Part shown: positions 9,736-19,143 of the stretch, piece after piece
How the letters are laid out: every line of letters starts with the position of its first letter
Position numbering within the stretch: the stretch's first letter is position 1
Assembly: GCA_041645165.1 (NCBI GenBank)
Contig: JBAZQN010000003.1
Span: forward strand, 28,198-92,197
Reading direction: 5' to 3'
Length of the DNA stretch: 64,000 nt
From: Patescibacteria group bacterium
Lineage (GTDB): Bacteria; Patescibacteriota; Patescibacteriia; 2-02-FULL-49-11
Made by a program: the position numbers and the translations under genes
The notes under the pieces: model-generated
Seen by the model: the letters and a program-made list of their open reading frames with translations, nothing else
The model's database searches: none
Told to the model about the DNA's origin: nothing

Positions 9736-9833
9736 TCCCGCGAAGGCGGGAATCTAGAAAAAAAACAAACATAAAAATCGATCGTTTTCTTTTTGTTTTT
9801 TAGTTCTGGATCCCGTATCAAGTACGGGATGAC
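9731..9833. repeat. family-1 TIR-bounded palindromic element, copy b
   Basis: gtcattcccgcgaaggcgggaatctag...aaacaaacataaaaatcgatcgttttctttttgtttttt...ctggatcccgtatcaagtacgggatgac; right arm contains trpB last codons and TGA stop. Confidence 0.65.
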
Positions 9834-11119
9834 GGTAATGTTGACCTTCTCTTTAAGTATTCCTTCCAAATCTGCCCGCCGAATATATCCCCGAGAATAA
9901 ACAAATCTTTATCACCGCGTCCCGACATATTCACGACGATGATTTTTTCTTTGGATAAGGTGGGTGCAAGTTTCACGACATGCGCGAATGCGTGTGCCGA
10001 TTCAAGCGCGGCAAAGAGCCCCTCCATGCGCGCCAGAGCTTGAAATGCACTGAGCGCTTCCTCGTCGGTCGCCGACACATACTGCACTCTTCCCTTCTGG
10101 TAAAGCAGCCCATGCTCCGGCCCGATCCCCGCATAATCAAGGCCCGCAGAAATGCTATGCGTGTTTTGTATTTGCCCGTCTTCGTTCTGCAGAAAATAAG
10201 ACTTATATCCTTCAACAACCCCAAGCTTGGGATCGCGGGCTAGGCGCGCCGCGTGCTTCCCTGTTGATGTCACTCCCTCGCCCCCTGCCTCCACGCCAAT
10301 AAGACGCACGGAAGGCTCTTCCAAAAAGGTGTTGAAAATGCCTATGGCATTACTGCCGCCGCCCACGCACGCGATCACATAATCAGGGAGTTCTCTGCCT
10401 GTTTGTGCCTTTAACTGCTCCCGCACCTCAAGCCCCACAATATTCTGAAAATCGCGCACCAGAGAAGGGTAAGGGTGCGGGCCTAAAGCGCTTCCCAACA
10501 GGTAATAGCTCTCATCCACGTTCGCGATCCAGTCTTGGATGGCAGCCGTGACTGCGTCTTTTAAGCGTTTAGTGCCATGGGCAACCGGCACTACCTCAGC
10601 GCCCAATTGCTCCATCCAGAATACGTTCGGCCGCTGCCGTTCATAATCCACCTCGCCCATGTAGACGGTGCATGCAAATCCAAACTTCGCCGCGACCGTT
10701 GCGGCCGCCAGCCCATGCTGTCCCGCGCCTGTTTCTGCGATTAGGCGTTTTTTGCCCATGCGGCGAGCAAGGAGCGCCTGCCCCAGACAATGGTTCATCT
10801 TGTGCGCGCCGGTATGGTTTAATCCTTCATTTTTAATAAAAATATTCGCGCCGCCTAAGTGCGCGCTCAAATTTCGCGCAGAGGTAAGCGGCGTGGGGCG
10901 GCCGGAATAATTCTGATAGAGATCCATAAGCTCGCTCAAGAAAGTAGGATCATTTTTCGCGGTTGCATAGGCGCGCTCAAGCGCGAGTAACGCCGGCATC
11001 AAATTTTCCGGCACATACCTACCACCCAGCTCGCCAAAATGCCCCTGCGCGTCTGCATCGTACGGTGTGGAGAAAAAAATGTTCTTCACCCCGTTAGAAA
11101 TTTGTTTTGCATCTTGCAT
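9818..11119 (-). CDS. trpB: tryptophan synthase beta chain
   Basis: HFGELGGRYVPENLMPAL...HTGAHKMNHCLGQALLA...GGGSNAIGIF PLP-fold TrpB motifs; 433 aa. Confidence 0.9.
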   Translation of the reverse strand: MQDAKQISNGVKNIFFSTPYDADAQGHFGELGGRYVPENLMPALLALERAYATAKNDPTFLSELMDLYQNYSGRPTPLTSARNLSAHLGGANIFIKNEGLNHTGAHKMNHCLGQALLARRMGKKRLIAETGAGQHGLAAATVAAKFGFACTVYMGEVDYERQRPNVFWMEQLGAEVVPVAHGTKRLKDAVTAAIQDWIANVDESYYLLGSALGPHPYPSLVRDFQNIVGLEVREQLKAQTGRELPDYVIACVGGGSNAIGIFNTFLEEPSVRLIGVEAGGEGVTSTGKHAARLARDPKLGVVEGYKSYFLQNEDGQIQNTHSISAGLDYAGIGPEHGLLYQKGRVQYVSATDEEALSAFQALARMEGLFAALESAHAFAHVVKLAPTLSKEKIIVVNMSGRGDKDLFILGDIFGGQIWKEYLKRRSTLPSSRT

Positions 11120-11227
11120 AATATTTCATCCCTGTTAGAAGTCTTTCTTGTGATTTCTAACGGGGTTAATAAACAATATGACCATTTAGCCATGTATACT
11201 CGATTGCTATTCAAATTTCGATTGCAT

Positions 11228-11392
11228 CGTCGTTCCCGCCCCGTATCACGGTACGGGGTAAACCATGGCCTCGCGCAGGCGGGGCTCTTGCGGGAATCCA
11301 GACGCCGTCCTCGACCGAGATCGGGAAAAACCAAAAGAAAATCGATTTTTGCTTGTTTTTTATGTCTGGATTCCAAATCAGGTCTGGAATGA
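11228..11392. repeat. family-1 element, copy c (with nested extra hairpin module)
   Basis: gtcgttcccgcc[ccgtatcacggtacggggtaaaccatggcctcgcgcaggcgggg]ctcttgcgggaatc ... ctggattccaaatcaggtctggaatgac; same nested module as copy d. Confidence 0.6.
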
Positions 11393-11437
11393 CAATCGAA
11401 ATTGGGTTGGCAATTTATTATAACCATTACGCTATTT

Positions 11438-12073
11438 CTATTTTGCGTTTTTAATAAACAATCGTACCTTTCGCATATCTTTCACCCCCGGTTTAACTTC
11501 AACTCCGCCCGAGGCATCAATAATTCGCGATCGCGTAAACTTGATGCCATCATGGATATTTTCTGGTGTCAACCCGCCGGAGAGCACCACCTCATATCCC
11601 GCTTCAACAAGCTCACGCGCGAAGTTCCAGTCAGCACGCTTTCCGCTCCCGCCTGCCCCGTGCATTGGATTTTTTGCATCAACCAGCAGCACCTCAACGA
11701 CACTCGCGTAGTGCAGGTAATTTTGCCGCGTCACCGCTTTCCATATTATTACCCCTCGTTTTCGCAGCCGATTAACGTAGGCCGTTGTTTCATTCCCATG
11801 CAATTGCCAAATACTGATTCCCGATTCCTCGATTAACCTGCACAACCGTTCAAACGGCAGATTCACCACCACCCCCACCGTACGGGCAGAAAATTTTCTG
11901 CCCCTACACCTATTATTTACCGCCTCCTGTATCTCCCGAGCTTTCTCTCCCGTAACGCTTCTTGGACTCTTAGGAAATTCTATAACACAGCCTACAAAGT
12001 CCGCGCCTTGCCGCGCGATTTCCCGCGCCTGCGCGGGCAGTGTCACACCGCAAATTTTTACCTTTACGTTCAT
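11438..12073 (-). CDS. trpF: phosphoribosylanthranilate isomerase
   Basis: MNVKVKICGVT...position in trp operon between trpC and trpB; TIM-barrel PRAI signature KICGxT. Confidence 0.85.
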   Translation of the reverse strand: MNVKVKICGVTLPAQAREIARQGADFVGCVIEFPKSPRSVTGEKAREIQEAVNNRCRGRKFSARTVGVVVNLPFERLCRLIEESGISIWQLHGNETTAYVNRLRKRGVIIWKAVTRQNYLHYASVVEVLLVDAKNPMHGAGGSGKRADWNFARELVEAGYEVVLSGGLTPENIHDGIKFTRSRIIDASGGVEVKPGVKDMRKVRLFIKNAK

Positions 12074-12098
12074 ATCCGAAATATAAAACTTATTAGGC

Positions 12099-12920
12099 TT
12101 ATTCTGCCAACGATAACGCTCTGACCATATTTACAGGATCGCCCGATTTCATCAGCGCTTCCCCCACCAATACAGCGCGTACACCAGCATGGTGCCACTT
12201 CCGTACTATTTCAGCTGATACAACGCCGGACTCGCCGATCAGTAAGGGCAAAAAATCTTTTGCCCCTACGGCACGTGTCGCCGTTCTTGCCAATCTCACC
12301 ACCCTATCCACATCCACCGTCAAATCAACCAGACTCCGCGCGTTTATCCCGATAATTTCTGCGCCAATCTTCATGGCACGTTCAAAATCCTCCTCTTGTT
12401 CCACTTCCACCAATACCTGAAGCCCAAGCGCACGGCTTAATTGAAAGAGCCTTTTTAGTTCATCGTCTTCAAGCCATCTGGTAATAAGGAGCACGAGATC
12501 TGCGCCTGCCGCCTTGGATTCATACACCTGATACTCGCTGATGATGAAATCTTTGCGCAAAAATGGCATGGAGGGGAAACTCTCTTTCAGTTGCTTCAAT
12601 TCTTCCAATGAACCGTTAAAATAATTCGGCTCGGTAAGCACGGATATGGCGACTGCGCCGCCATCCACGTACGCCTGCACCTGCGCCAGATGGTCGCGGC
12701 CGCTGATCATGCCTGCGTTCGGGCTTGCGTGCTTGATCTCACCGATAACCGCGACAGGGCTCTGCCGCCTTACGATGCGTTCCTTTATGTCAACGAGGAG
12801 CAGTGTCCGCACGGCCGCTAGCCGCTTCAAATCCTCCAAAGGAACAGCCGCCTCTTCTTTCTGAACGCGTTCCTGAATGATTGGATAAATTTTTCCTAAA
12901 AATCCATTCAAATTTTTCAT
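12099..12920 (-). CDS. trpC: indole-3-glycerol phosphate synthase
   Basis: IGEIKHASPNAGMI...AISVLTEPNYFNGSLEELK...FLRKDFIISEYQV IGPS motifs; start at ATG 12918-12920 (track ORF begins TTG 12926). Confidence 0.9.
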   Translation of the reverse strand: MKNLNGFLGKIYPIIQERVQKEEAAVPLEDLKRLAAVRTLLLVDIKERIVRRQSPVAVIGEIKHASPNAGMISGRDHLAQVQAYVDGGAVAISVLTEPNYFNGSLEELKQLKESFPSMPFLRKDFIISEYQVYESKAAGADLVLLITRWLEDDELKRLFQLSRALGLQVLVEVEQEEDFERAMKIGAEIIGINARSLVDLTVDVDRVVRLARTATRAVGAKDFLPLLIGESGVVSAEIVRKWHHAGVRAVLVGEALMKSGDPVNMVRALSLAE

Positions 12921-12928
12921 ACTCAACT

Positions 12929-13074
12929 GTCATTCCCGCCCCGTATGCCGCTACGGGGTAAACCATGGCCTCGCGAGGCGGGGCTCCGGCGGGAATCCAG
13001 ATAAATAACAAACATGAATTACCGATCGTTTTCTTTTTGTTTTATCTAGATCCCGTATCTCGGTACGGGATGAC
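12929..13074. repeat. family-1 element, copy d (with nested hairpin module)
   Basis: gtcattcccgcc[ccgtatgccgctacggggtaaaccatggcctcgcgaggcgggg]ctccggcgggaatccag...aacaaacatgaattaccgatcgttttctttttgtttt...gatcccgtatctcggtacgggatgac. Confidence 0.65.
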
Positions 13075-13099
13075 AACAGGACGTATTCGTGCCCGATAA

Positions 13100-14122
13100 T
13101 CAACTTTTCAACCTATTACTCACCTCAATAAACTTTTCCAACAACTTCGTCGCTTCCCCATTCGTCACTGCCTCTCTCGCTATTGCAATCCCTTCTCCAA
13201 CATCCTTCGCTTGCCCCGCCACATACAACGCCGCACCGCTGTTGAAAAGCACCGTATCAAGCCGCGCTCCTTTCTCTCCCGAGAGCACGGCACGGATAAT
13301 CGATGCATTCTCCTGTACATCACCACCTCTCAGGTCATTGTTCGTCGCGTGCGAAAAACCGTAATCCTGCGGATCTAAGACATACTTCTCGATAATTCCT
13401 CGCTTCACTTCATACGCGTCAGCAGTGGCCGTAGTGGTAAGCTCGTCGTGCCCATCCCCACTGCGCACTACCATTGCGTGTTCGCTGCCTAAAAGCCGTA
13501 GAGTTTGCGCAATTATCTGCATCTTCGCGGGATCGGCAATGCCGATAATTTGCCGCCGCGGCATCGCGGGATTCACGAGCGGCCCTAAGATATTGAACAG
13601 CGTGCGCACTCCAAGCTCTTTCCGCACTGGCCCCACCTTCGCAAACGCAGGGTGATACAGAGGCGCGAAGAGAAACACAATACCCGCTTCTTCTAAACAG
13701 CGGCTTGCCTGCGCGGGCGTGAGATTAATATTCACACCCAGCGCTTCCAGGACGTCCGCGCTCCCGCACGCGCTCGAGACCGCCCGGTTGCCGTGTTTTG
13801 CCACTTTCACTCCGCACGCCACGACGACCAGCGCGGTTGCCGTAGAAATGTTGAAAGTGCCTCTGCCATCGCCGCCAGTCCCGCACGTATCAAAAACTTC
13901 CGTGTGTGCGCCGGGTAAGGCTATTGCGTGGGTGCGGAGCGACCGCACAAAACCCACGATCTCCTCTGCAGTTTCGCCTTTTATGCGAAGTGCTACCAAC
14001 AATGCGGCAATCTGCGCAGGGGTATAGTCCCCTCCTATAATCGTTTCCATCACTAGCTCTGCCTCTGTTAAAGTAAAGCTCTCTCGATTGAGTATTTTGT
14101 TGAGTATTTCAGAGTATATCAT
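13100..14122 (-). CDS. trpD: anthranilate phosphoribosyltransferase
   Basis: AALLVALRIKGETAEEIVGFVRSLRTHA...DTCGTGGDGRGTFNISTATALVVVACGVKVAKHGNRAVSS TrpD signature. Confidence 0.9.
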   Translation of the reverse strand: MIYSEILNKILNRESFTLTEAELVMETIIGGDYTPAQIAALLVALRIKGETAEEIVGFVRSLRTHAIALPGAHTEVFDTCGTGGDGRGTFNISTATALVVVACGVKVAKHGNRAVSSACGSADVLEALGVNINLTPAQASRCLEEAGIVFLFAPLYHPAFAKVGPVRKELGVRTLFNILGPLVNPAMPRRQIIGIADPAKMQIIAQTLRLLGSEHAMVVRSGDGHDELTTTATADAYEVKRGIIEKYVLDPQDYGFSHATNNDLRGGDVQENASIIRAVLSGEKGARLDTVLFNSGAALYVAGQAKDVGEGIAIAREAVTNGEATKLLEKFIEVSNRLKS

Positions 14123-14697
14123 AGGCCTAAAAAATTCTTTATTAAATCCATACCCAATTCCGTCCTAATCGATTCGGGATGGAACTGAATACCCTCAATA
14201 GGAAATTGGCGATGCCGCACGCCCATGATCTGCCCGTCATCCTTTGCGAGGGCCGTAATCTCGAGGCATGCAGGGAGGCTTTCCCTCTCGCCCGCGAGAG
14301 AATGATAGCGCATGCCCTGCAAGGGACTGGCAAGACTCTTGAAAATACCTTTTCCTTCGTGCACGATAAGGCTCACTTTGCCGTGTTTGACGACTGGCGC
14401 GCGCACCACGCGCCCCCCAAACGCCGCAATAATCCCCTGATGCCCGAGACACACGCCCAACACCGGCGTCGTTTTTCCGCATTCAAGAATAACGTCTTTA
14501 CATACACCGAAGTATTGGGGGTCCGTAGGATCGCCCGGGCCCGGGGAAATGACGACATGGGTATACCCTCCTCCCCTCACGTCATCTAATGTGACTGCAT
14601 CATTCCTTTCTACCACAGGATTTCCTCCCAACATCCCCACATATTGGTAGAGGTTGTAGGTGAATGAATCGTAGTTGTCGATAATAAGTATTTTCAT
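14119..14697 (-). CDS. trpG: anthranilate synthase component II (glutamine amidotransferase)
   Basis: MKILIIDNYDSFTYNLYQYV...GVCLGHQGI class I GATase triad context; 4-nt overlap with trpD. Confidence 0.9.
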   Translation of the reverse strand: MKILIIDNYDSFTYNLYQYVGMLGGNPVVERNDAVTLDDVRGGGYTHVVISPGPGDPTDPQYFGVCKDVILECGKTTPVLGVCLGHQGIIAAFGGRVVRAPVVKHGKVSLIVHEGKGIFKSLASPLQGMRYHSLAGERESLPACLEITALAKDDGQIMGVRHRQFPIEGIQFHPESIRTELGMDLIKNFLGL

Positions 14698-14867
14698 AAT
14701 CTTTCTTCTTCCCTTCTCCTCCTAGTGGGCGGGGTTAATCTCAGAGTGAGGATTAGCCGTTGAAAAACCCTCCGCAGTCCCGCAGTGGCGGGACGAGGCG
14801 GAGTGCCCCGCCGCGCTGGAGGCGGGGACGCGTGTTTTTCCAACGGACAAGCCGAACGACTGTACGT

Positions 14868-16169
14868 TCACACTCGCGCACACGCTACCGCCTGTTGTAT
14901 TGCCCTCTGTTTATTCATAATCTCCTCATATTCCTTCTCGCACACCGAATCATACACAATCCCGCTTCCTGACCTGGTATATGCCTTGTTGCCTGAGACA
15001 AAGAGCGAACGGATCGCAATCGCAAACATCGCATCGCCATTCACGCTAAAATATCCGACAGACCCCCCGTACAAACCGCGCGGGCTCCTCTCCAATGCGG
15101 CGATTATTTTCATTGCCTCAATCTTGGGCGCGCCAGTGAGCGTGCCTGCGGGGGCGCACGCCGCCAGAACATCAAAACTGTCCAACCCTTTGCGCAGAGT
15201 CCCGCGTATTTCTGTCGATAAATGCTGCACATGGCTATAGCGCTTCACTGCCATGAGCCCTTCTACGCGCACGCTCCCGAACTCCGCCACCCTGCCGACG
15301 TCATTGCGCGCCAAATCCACGAGCATCATGTGTTCTGCCACTTCCTTTTCGTCGGATTTTAATTGCGCCGCAAGACGCTCATCCTCTTGCCTGTCTGCGC
15401 CGCGCTTTATGGTCCCGGCAAGCGTGCCAAAATGCTCAATTGCGTGCCCCTTGGTCCTGAATAACAATTCCGGCGATGCACCCAGCGCATACCTTTCCCG
15501 GAACTTCATACAATACATGTGCGGCGAAGGATTAATTTCGCGCAGGTTCCCGTACACCGCGACTGGCGATCCTGCACACTCATACTCAAACCCCACAGAA
15601 AATACAATCTGAAATGCATCGCCCCTCCCCACATGCTCTTTGATTGATGCAAACGCCTCTTGGTATTGCGGCAGCGACATATCCGAGGTGTGCGATTCCA
15701 CCTCAAAACGGGGTGTCTCACCATGTTTTTTTAGCATCTCCTTGAACTGCGCTCTCCTGTCCTTTTCAAGCGTGAAGTACCGTATTGATTGCGTGTGCTT
15801 ATCAAAAATAAAACCATCAAGGTAGAGTCCGAACTCAAATTGGGGAAAATACGGCTGCTTTTTCCCCGAGAAAGCCGGTTCAAAAAGCGCCGTGCCGTCA
15901 TATGAGACATATCCCACCAGACCGCCATGATAATGCGGCGGCAGCCCCTCGACATGGGGAAGCAGACCCTTTAACGCGGCATAATCAGTAGTGGCATCAG
16001 AAACCACTGATTGCGGCTCCGCGCCAAGGTACGTGAAACGGGAAAACTCCGATTCCGCGCCAAGCGACTCAAGGATAAAAGCGTTTTCGCAGCGCTGTGC
16101 AAGCCTTTCAAATATCTCAAATGGCTTTAAATCGGTGCTAAATTCGAACTCTTGATATTGAAAACTCAT
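14868..16169 (-). CDS. trpE: anthranilate synthase component I
   Basis: 433-aa chorismate-binding enzyme (…GTLTGAPKIEAMKIIAALERSPRGLYGGSVGYFS…) at head of trp operon. Confidence 0.9.
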   Translation of the reverse strand: MSFQYQEFEFSTDLKPFEIFERLAQRCENAFILESLGAESEFSRFTYLGAEPQSVVSDATTDYAALKGLLPHVEGLPPHYHGGLVGYVSYDGTALFEPAFSGKKQPYFPQFEFGLYLDGFIFDKHTQSIRYFTLEKDRRAQFKEMLKKHGETPRFEVESHTSDMSLPQYQEAFASIKEHVGRGDAFQIVFSVGFEYECAGSPVAVYGNLREINPSPHMYCMKFRERYALGASPELLFRTKGHAIEHFGTLAGTIKRGADRQEDERLAAQLKSDEKEVAEHMMLVDLARNDVGRVAEFGSVRVEGLMAVKRYSHVQHLSTEIRGTLRKGLDSFDVLAACAPAGTLTGAPKIEAMKIIAALERSPRGLYGGSVGYFSVNGDAMFAIAIRSLFVSGNKAYTRSGSGIVYDSVCEKEYEEIMNKQRAIQQAVACARV

Positions 16170-16285
16170 AAGTATTCAATGGATACCACCCCTTATGTCC
16201 CCTCCTTACTAAGAGCCTGACCCGTGTTTATCACGGGGAGGGGGTAGGGAGGTCTCCTTAATTTAAAACCAATGGCGTACATAAC

Positions 16286-16313
16286 AAAAAACTGACCCCC
16301 TCTCGGGGATCAG
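16286..16313 (-). terminator. trp attenuator terminator hairpin + U-run
   Basis: Minus-strand gatccccgagagggggtcagttttttg; GC hairpin followed by T6, located between leader peptide and trpE. Confidence 0.6.
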
Positions 16314-16349
16314 TCAGCGTTAGGTAAGGTAAAAAATCTCTGGAATACC

Positions 16350-16415
16350 TCAAACCACTGATCTCCGAGAGAGACCAGTGCTCCACCAATTCAATTGCAC
16401 GTTCGTATATTTCAT
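16350..16415 (-). CDS. trpL: trp leader peptide with tandem Trp codons
   Basis: ATG AAA TAT ACG AAC GTG CAA TTG AAT TGG TGG AGC ACT GGT CTC TCT CGG AGA TCA GTG GTT TGA = MKYTNVQLNWWSTGLSRRSVV*; WW codons overlap first stem of alternative hairpins. Confidence 0.6.
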   Translation of the reverse strand: MKYTNVQLNWWSTGLSRRSVV

Positions 16416-16597
16416 ATTAAGTATCCACACTATAGCTCAGCATGATTTTTATGTCAAATTTCTTTCCCACTCCCCATAGTCATTGACAACTCTCTCTCTC
16501 TCTGCTTAACTGAACGTTAAAACTAATTCACAAATAGAGAGATTTTGTAATTCCTGCCCTTTGAAAACCTAGACGAAAAAATAGAGGAGAATTTGCC

Positions 16598-17707
16598 GTG
16601 GAAAATTTACACATCCAAACCGAAGGGTTTGCGGGATTCCTCATTCCTGCGATTGAAAAAATCATAAAAGTGGCATTCGATGTCCCGCTTTGCTGCACCA
16701 ACGCCGGAGAGAATTTAGATCAGGTCGTTGCCGAACTTATCGGCTCTAACCAAGTCCGGCAAGAAGGTGTACCCGTAACATCTGAGCTCCAACAAGGGGT
16801 TACCGAGATCGTGAAATATTACGTTGGCCTTCAACGTCCCATCCCCATTCTGACACCATGTGGAGGGAGAAAAACCATTTGTGGTCTCAGTATTGACGTG
16901 GCTGAACTTGTCGCGTTAAAAATGCTCATGTGTCTTCAACGGCGGGTACAGCAACATTATCCTCCAGGGTTGGAAATTCGTATACGAATTGAGGATATGG
17001 GCGCACTCCATCTCTTTAACCGAGATGATATCGCAACAAATCGACGCACGGTGAATGAGTATGCGAACGATTTCAGCTCATTAGTTCACATACTTGGGTT
17101 CGACTTATTACCGATACCGGAAAGCACTTTCATGGACGAGAAGCAGTACTCGGCTCTCGCCGACAGCTTCATCCCGCTATTGGAAGCTTATATCGTTGAG
17201 TCCGATGAGCACGGGCTTGATGCTTATGAGCGACTTCCCTGTTGGAAACAGTTGGCAGAAGTGGGGTGGACCGGTCCTATTCCGATTGAACAACGGGAAT
17301 ACTATCGTTCCCGTTACCGGGTACTCTATCCCGGCATTACGCCAGCCCAAGCAACGGAAATGCTGGCTCGTTATTTTGCCGGGTCGTTGGCAAGATACAA
17401 ACTGAACGGAACCTGCGTAGGTGACCTTGAAGGAAAATACATTCAAGTCACCTTCATGTGCCCGATTCCAGGTGTTCCTCCCGAAATGGTCTGGCGAAAT
17501 ATCTACTACCGCACGCTCCCGACCAAATTGGCGCGCACCCACATTCCCTTCTGGCGAGGAAAGGGGTACTTGCGAGTTCAGGGCGATACTGTTTGCCCAA
17601 AACTCGCGAGTTGGAGCGAACAGCTCAAATACAATCCCGCCTCAATTACTCTCTCCAACCAAAATTTAGCGGTAACCCTCGCCGCCGATTATGTAATCAT
17701 GCATTAA
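16598..17707 (+). CDS. hypothetical protein (369 aa), divergent from trp operon
   Basis: Long GTG-initiated ORF with good coding look, RBS-like aggag 8 bp upstream; no motif I can assign confidently. Confidence 0.6.
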   Translation: MENLHIQTEGFAGFLIPAIEKIIKVAFDVPLCCTNAGENLDQVVAELIGSNQVRQEGVPVTSELQQGVTEIVKYYVGLQRPIPILTPCGGRKTICGLSIDVAELVALKMLMCLQRRVQQHYPPGLEIRIRIEDMGALHLFNRDDIATNRRTVNEYANDFSSLVHILGFDLLPIPESTFMDEKQYSALADSFIPLLEAYIVESDEHGLDAYERLPCWKQLAEVGWTGPIPIEQREYYRSRYRVLYPGITPAQATEMLARYFAGSLARYKLNGTCVGDLEGKYIQVTFMCPIPGVPPEMVWRNIYYRTLPTKLARTHIPFWRGKGYLRVQGDTVCPKLASWSEQLKYNPASITLSNQNLAVTLAADYVIMH

Positions 17708-17857
17708 TCTCTCCTCACTATAAAAACACGAACAGGTGAAAATCCATCTGTTCGTGTTCCCTCCTTTGTTACGAGATACTCGTGATAATGGAGAGAACAT
17801 TCATATCCACATAAAAAGTCCCTATTGAAGTCGGGATTTTTAATAAAAATCTGCTTT

Positions 17858-17892
17858 CGAGCCATTTCGCGCCAAATGGCTCATATTTTTAT
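17858..17892. terminator. hairpin + T-run between convergent genes
   Basis: gagccatttcgcgccaaatggctc followed by atatttttatgg. Confidence 0.4.
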
Positions 17893-18449
17893 GGCTTTAC
17901 CACGAGCAACTCCTGATACTTCTTCCTTATTTTTTCGATTTTCGGCTTAATGACTGCTCTTGAATACCCCTCATTAAGATGGCAGGCGTAATAATTCTTG
18001 TGGTACTCTTCCGCAGGATAAAACGCCTCCAAGGGAGCGATTTCCGTCACGAGGGGTTTGTCGTAAACGCGGGCATCGGCGAGCTCGTTCACAAAACGTT
18101 CTGCGGCGGCACGCTGGTCAGGTACGGTGAAAAGAATAATAGATCGATATTGGGTGCCGATATCGTCACCCTGCCGGTTCAGGCTGGTCGGATCATGACT
18201 TTCGAAAAAAATTTCAAGTAATTTTTCATACGAGATAATTTGAGGATCGTATACTACCAGAATTACTTCCGCATGCCCGGTGGCGCCGGTGGACACTTGT
18301 TCGTAGGTGGGATTCGGCACCGTCCCTCCGGCGTATCCCGAGGTAACATTCACCACCCCTTTTAATCCAAGAAAAACCGCTTCAGTGCACCAAAAGCATC
18401 CACCGCCGAAAGCAACACGCTGATATACTTTTTGCCCAATAGAATTCAT
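17889..18449 (-). CDS. msrA: peptide methionine sulfoxide reductase A
   Basis: VAFGGGCFWCTEAVF GCFWC active-site motif. Confidence 0.9.
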   Translation of the reverse strand: MNSIGQKVYQRVAFGGGCFWCTEAVFLGLKGVVNVTSGYAGGTVPNPTYEQVSTGATGHAEVILVVYDPQIISYEKLLEIFFESHDPTSLNRQGDDIGTQYRSIILFTVPDQRAAAERFVNELADARVYDKPLVTEIAPLEAFYPAEEYHKNYYACHLNEGYSRAVIKPKIEKIRKKYQELLVVKP

Positions 18450-18451
18450 AT

Positions 18452-18866
18452 TTAAACCTTAGCAACGACAAATCGCATAGCCACGGAATTAATGCAGTAC
18501 CGCTTGCCCGTGGGTTTGGGCCCGTCATCAAACACATGCCCAAGGTGAGAATCGCATCGTGCGCAGCGCACTTCCGTGCGCTGCATGCCGTGCGTAGTAT
18601 CCTCGCGCGCTTTAATGTTTTCTGGGTTAACAGGCCTGGTAGTAGCTCGGCCAGCCGGCGCCTGATTCAAATTTGGCGTCCGCGCGGAACAAAGGCAAAT
18701 CGCACGCGGCGCAATGGTACGCGCCGCTTTTATGAGGCATTCCCGTAGGACAGGAAAACGCAGGCTCGGTCCCCTGCGTGCGCATTATCCGGTATTGCTC
18801 CGGTGTGAGCAGAGCCTTCCATTCCTGTTCCGTCTTATACATTTTTTCCATATTGCTGCTACCCAA
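18452..18866 (-). pseudogene. msrB: methionine sulfoxide reductase B, split by a frameshift
   Basis: N-terminal half ([19 protein letters not shown]…[10 protein letters not shown]…SGAGWPS) in ORF 18627-18866 and C-terminal half ([28 protein letters not shown]) in ORF 18452-18670, different frames overlapping ~40 bp. Confidence 0.6.
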
Positions 18867-18873
18867 AAACTAC

Positions 18874-19077
18874 TTAAGAAAAAATAAAAAGATCATCGAT
18901 TCTGGTTTTGAGGATCTTAGCAATCTGATAGGCAAGCCTCAGAGAAGGATTATATTTCCCCTGCTCCAGAAACACGATGGTTTCCCTGCGCACACCCGCG
19001 TGCGCGGCCAGTTGCTCTTGCGTCAGGTTATACTTTGTACGAAATTCTTTAATACGATTTTTCATAAATGTTTTCAC
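18874..19077 (-). CDS. XRE-family HTH transcriptional regulator
   Basis: [41 protein letters not shown] Cro/C1-type HTH. Confidence 0.75.
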   Translation of the reverse strand: MKTFMKNRIKEFRTKYNLTQEQLAAHAGVRRETIVFLEQGKYNPSLRLAYQIAKILKTRIDDLFIFS

Positions 19078-19143
19078 GCGACTTGATACGACTATTGCCT
19101 CATTTTTTCAATGGATGCCGGAGGTTATCGCTCCTCCTGCGGC

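Larger units (their letters stand above)
16286..16420 (-). promoter_or_regulatory. transcription attenuator of trp operon (alternative 1:2 / 2:3 / 3:4 hairpins)
   Basis: Segments cactggtctc / ggagatcagtg / ctgatccccgag / ctcgggggtcag can pair 1:2, 2:3 or 3:4; 3:4 is the terminator. Confidence 0.55.

Noticed and set aside
16330-16450. T-box riboswitch upstream of trpE
   Set aside because: The aattggtggagcactgg segment superficially resembles a T-box, but it lies inside a leader ORF with tandem Trp codons and the hairpins fit a ribosome-mediated attenuator.
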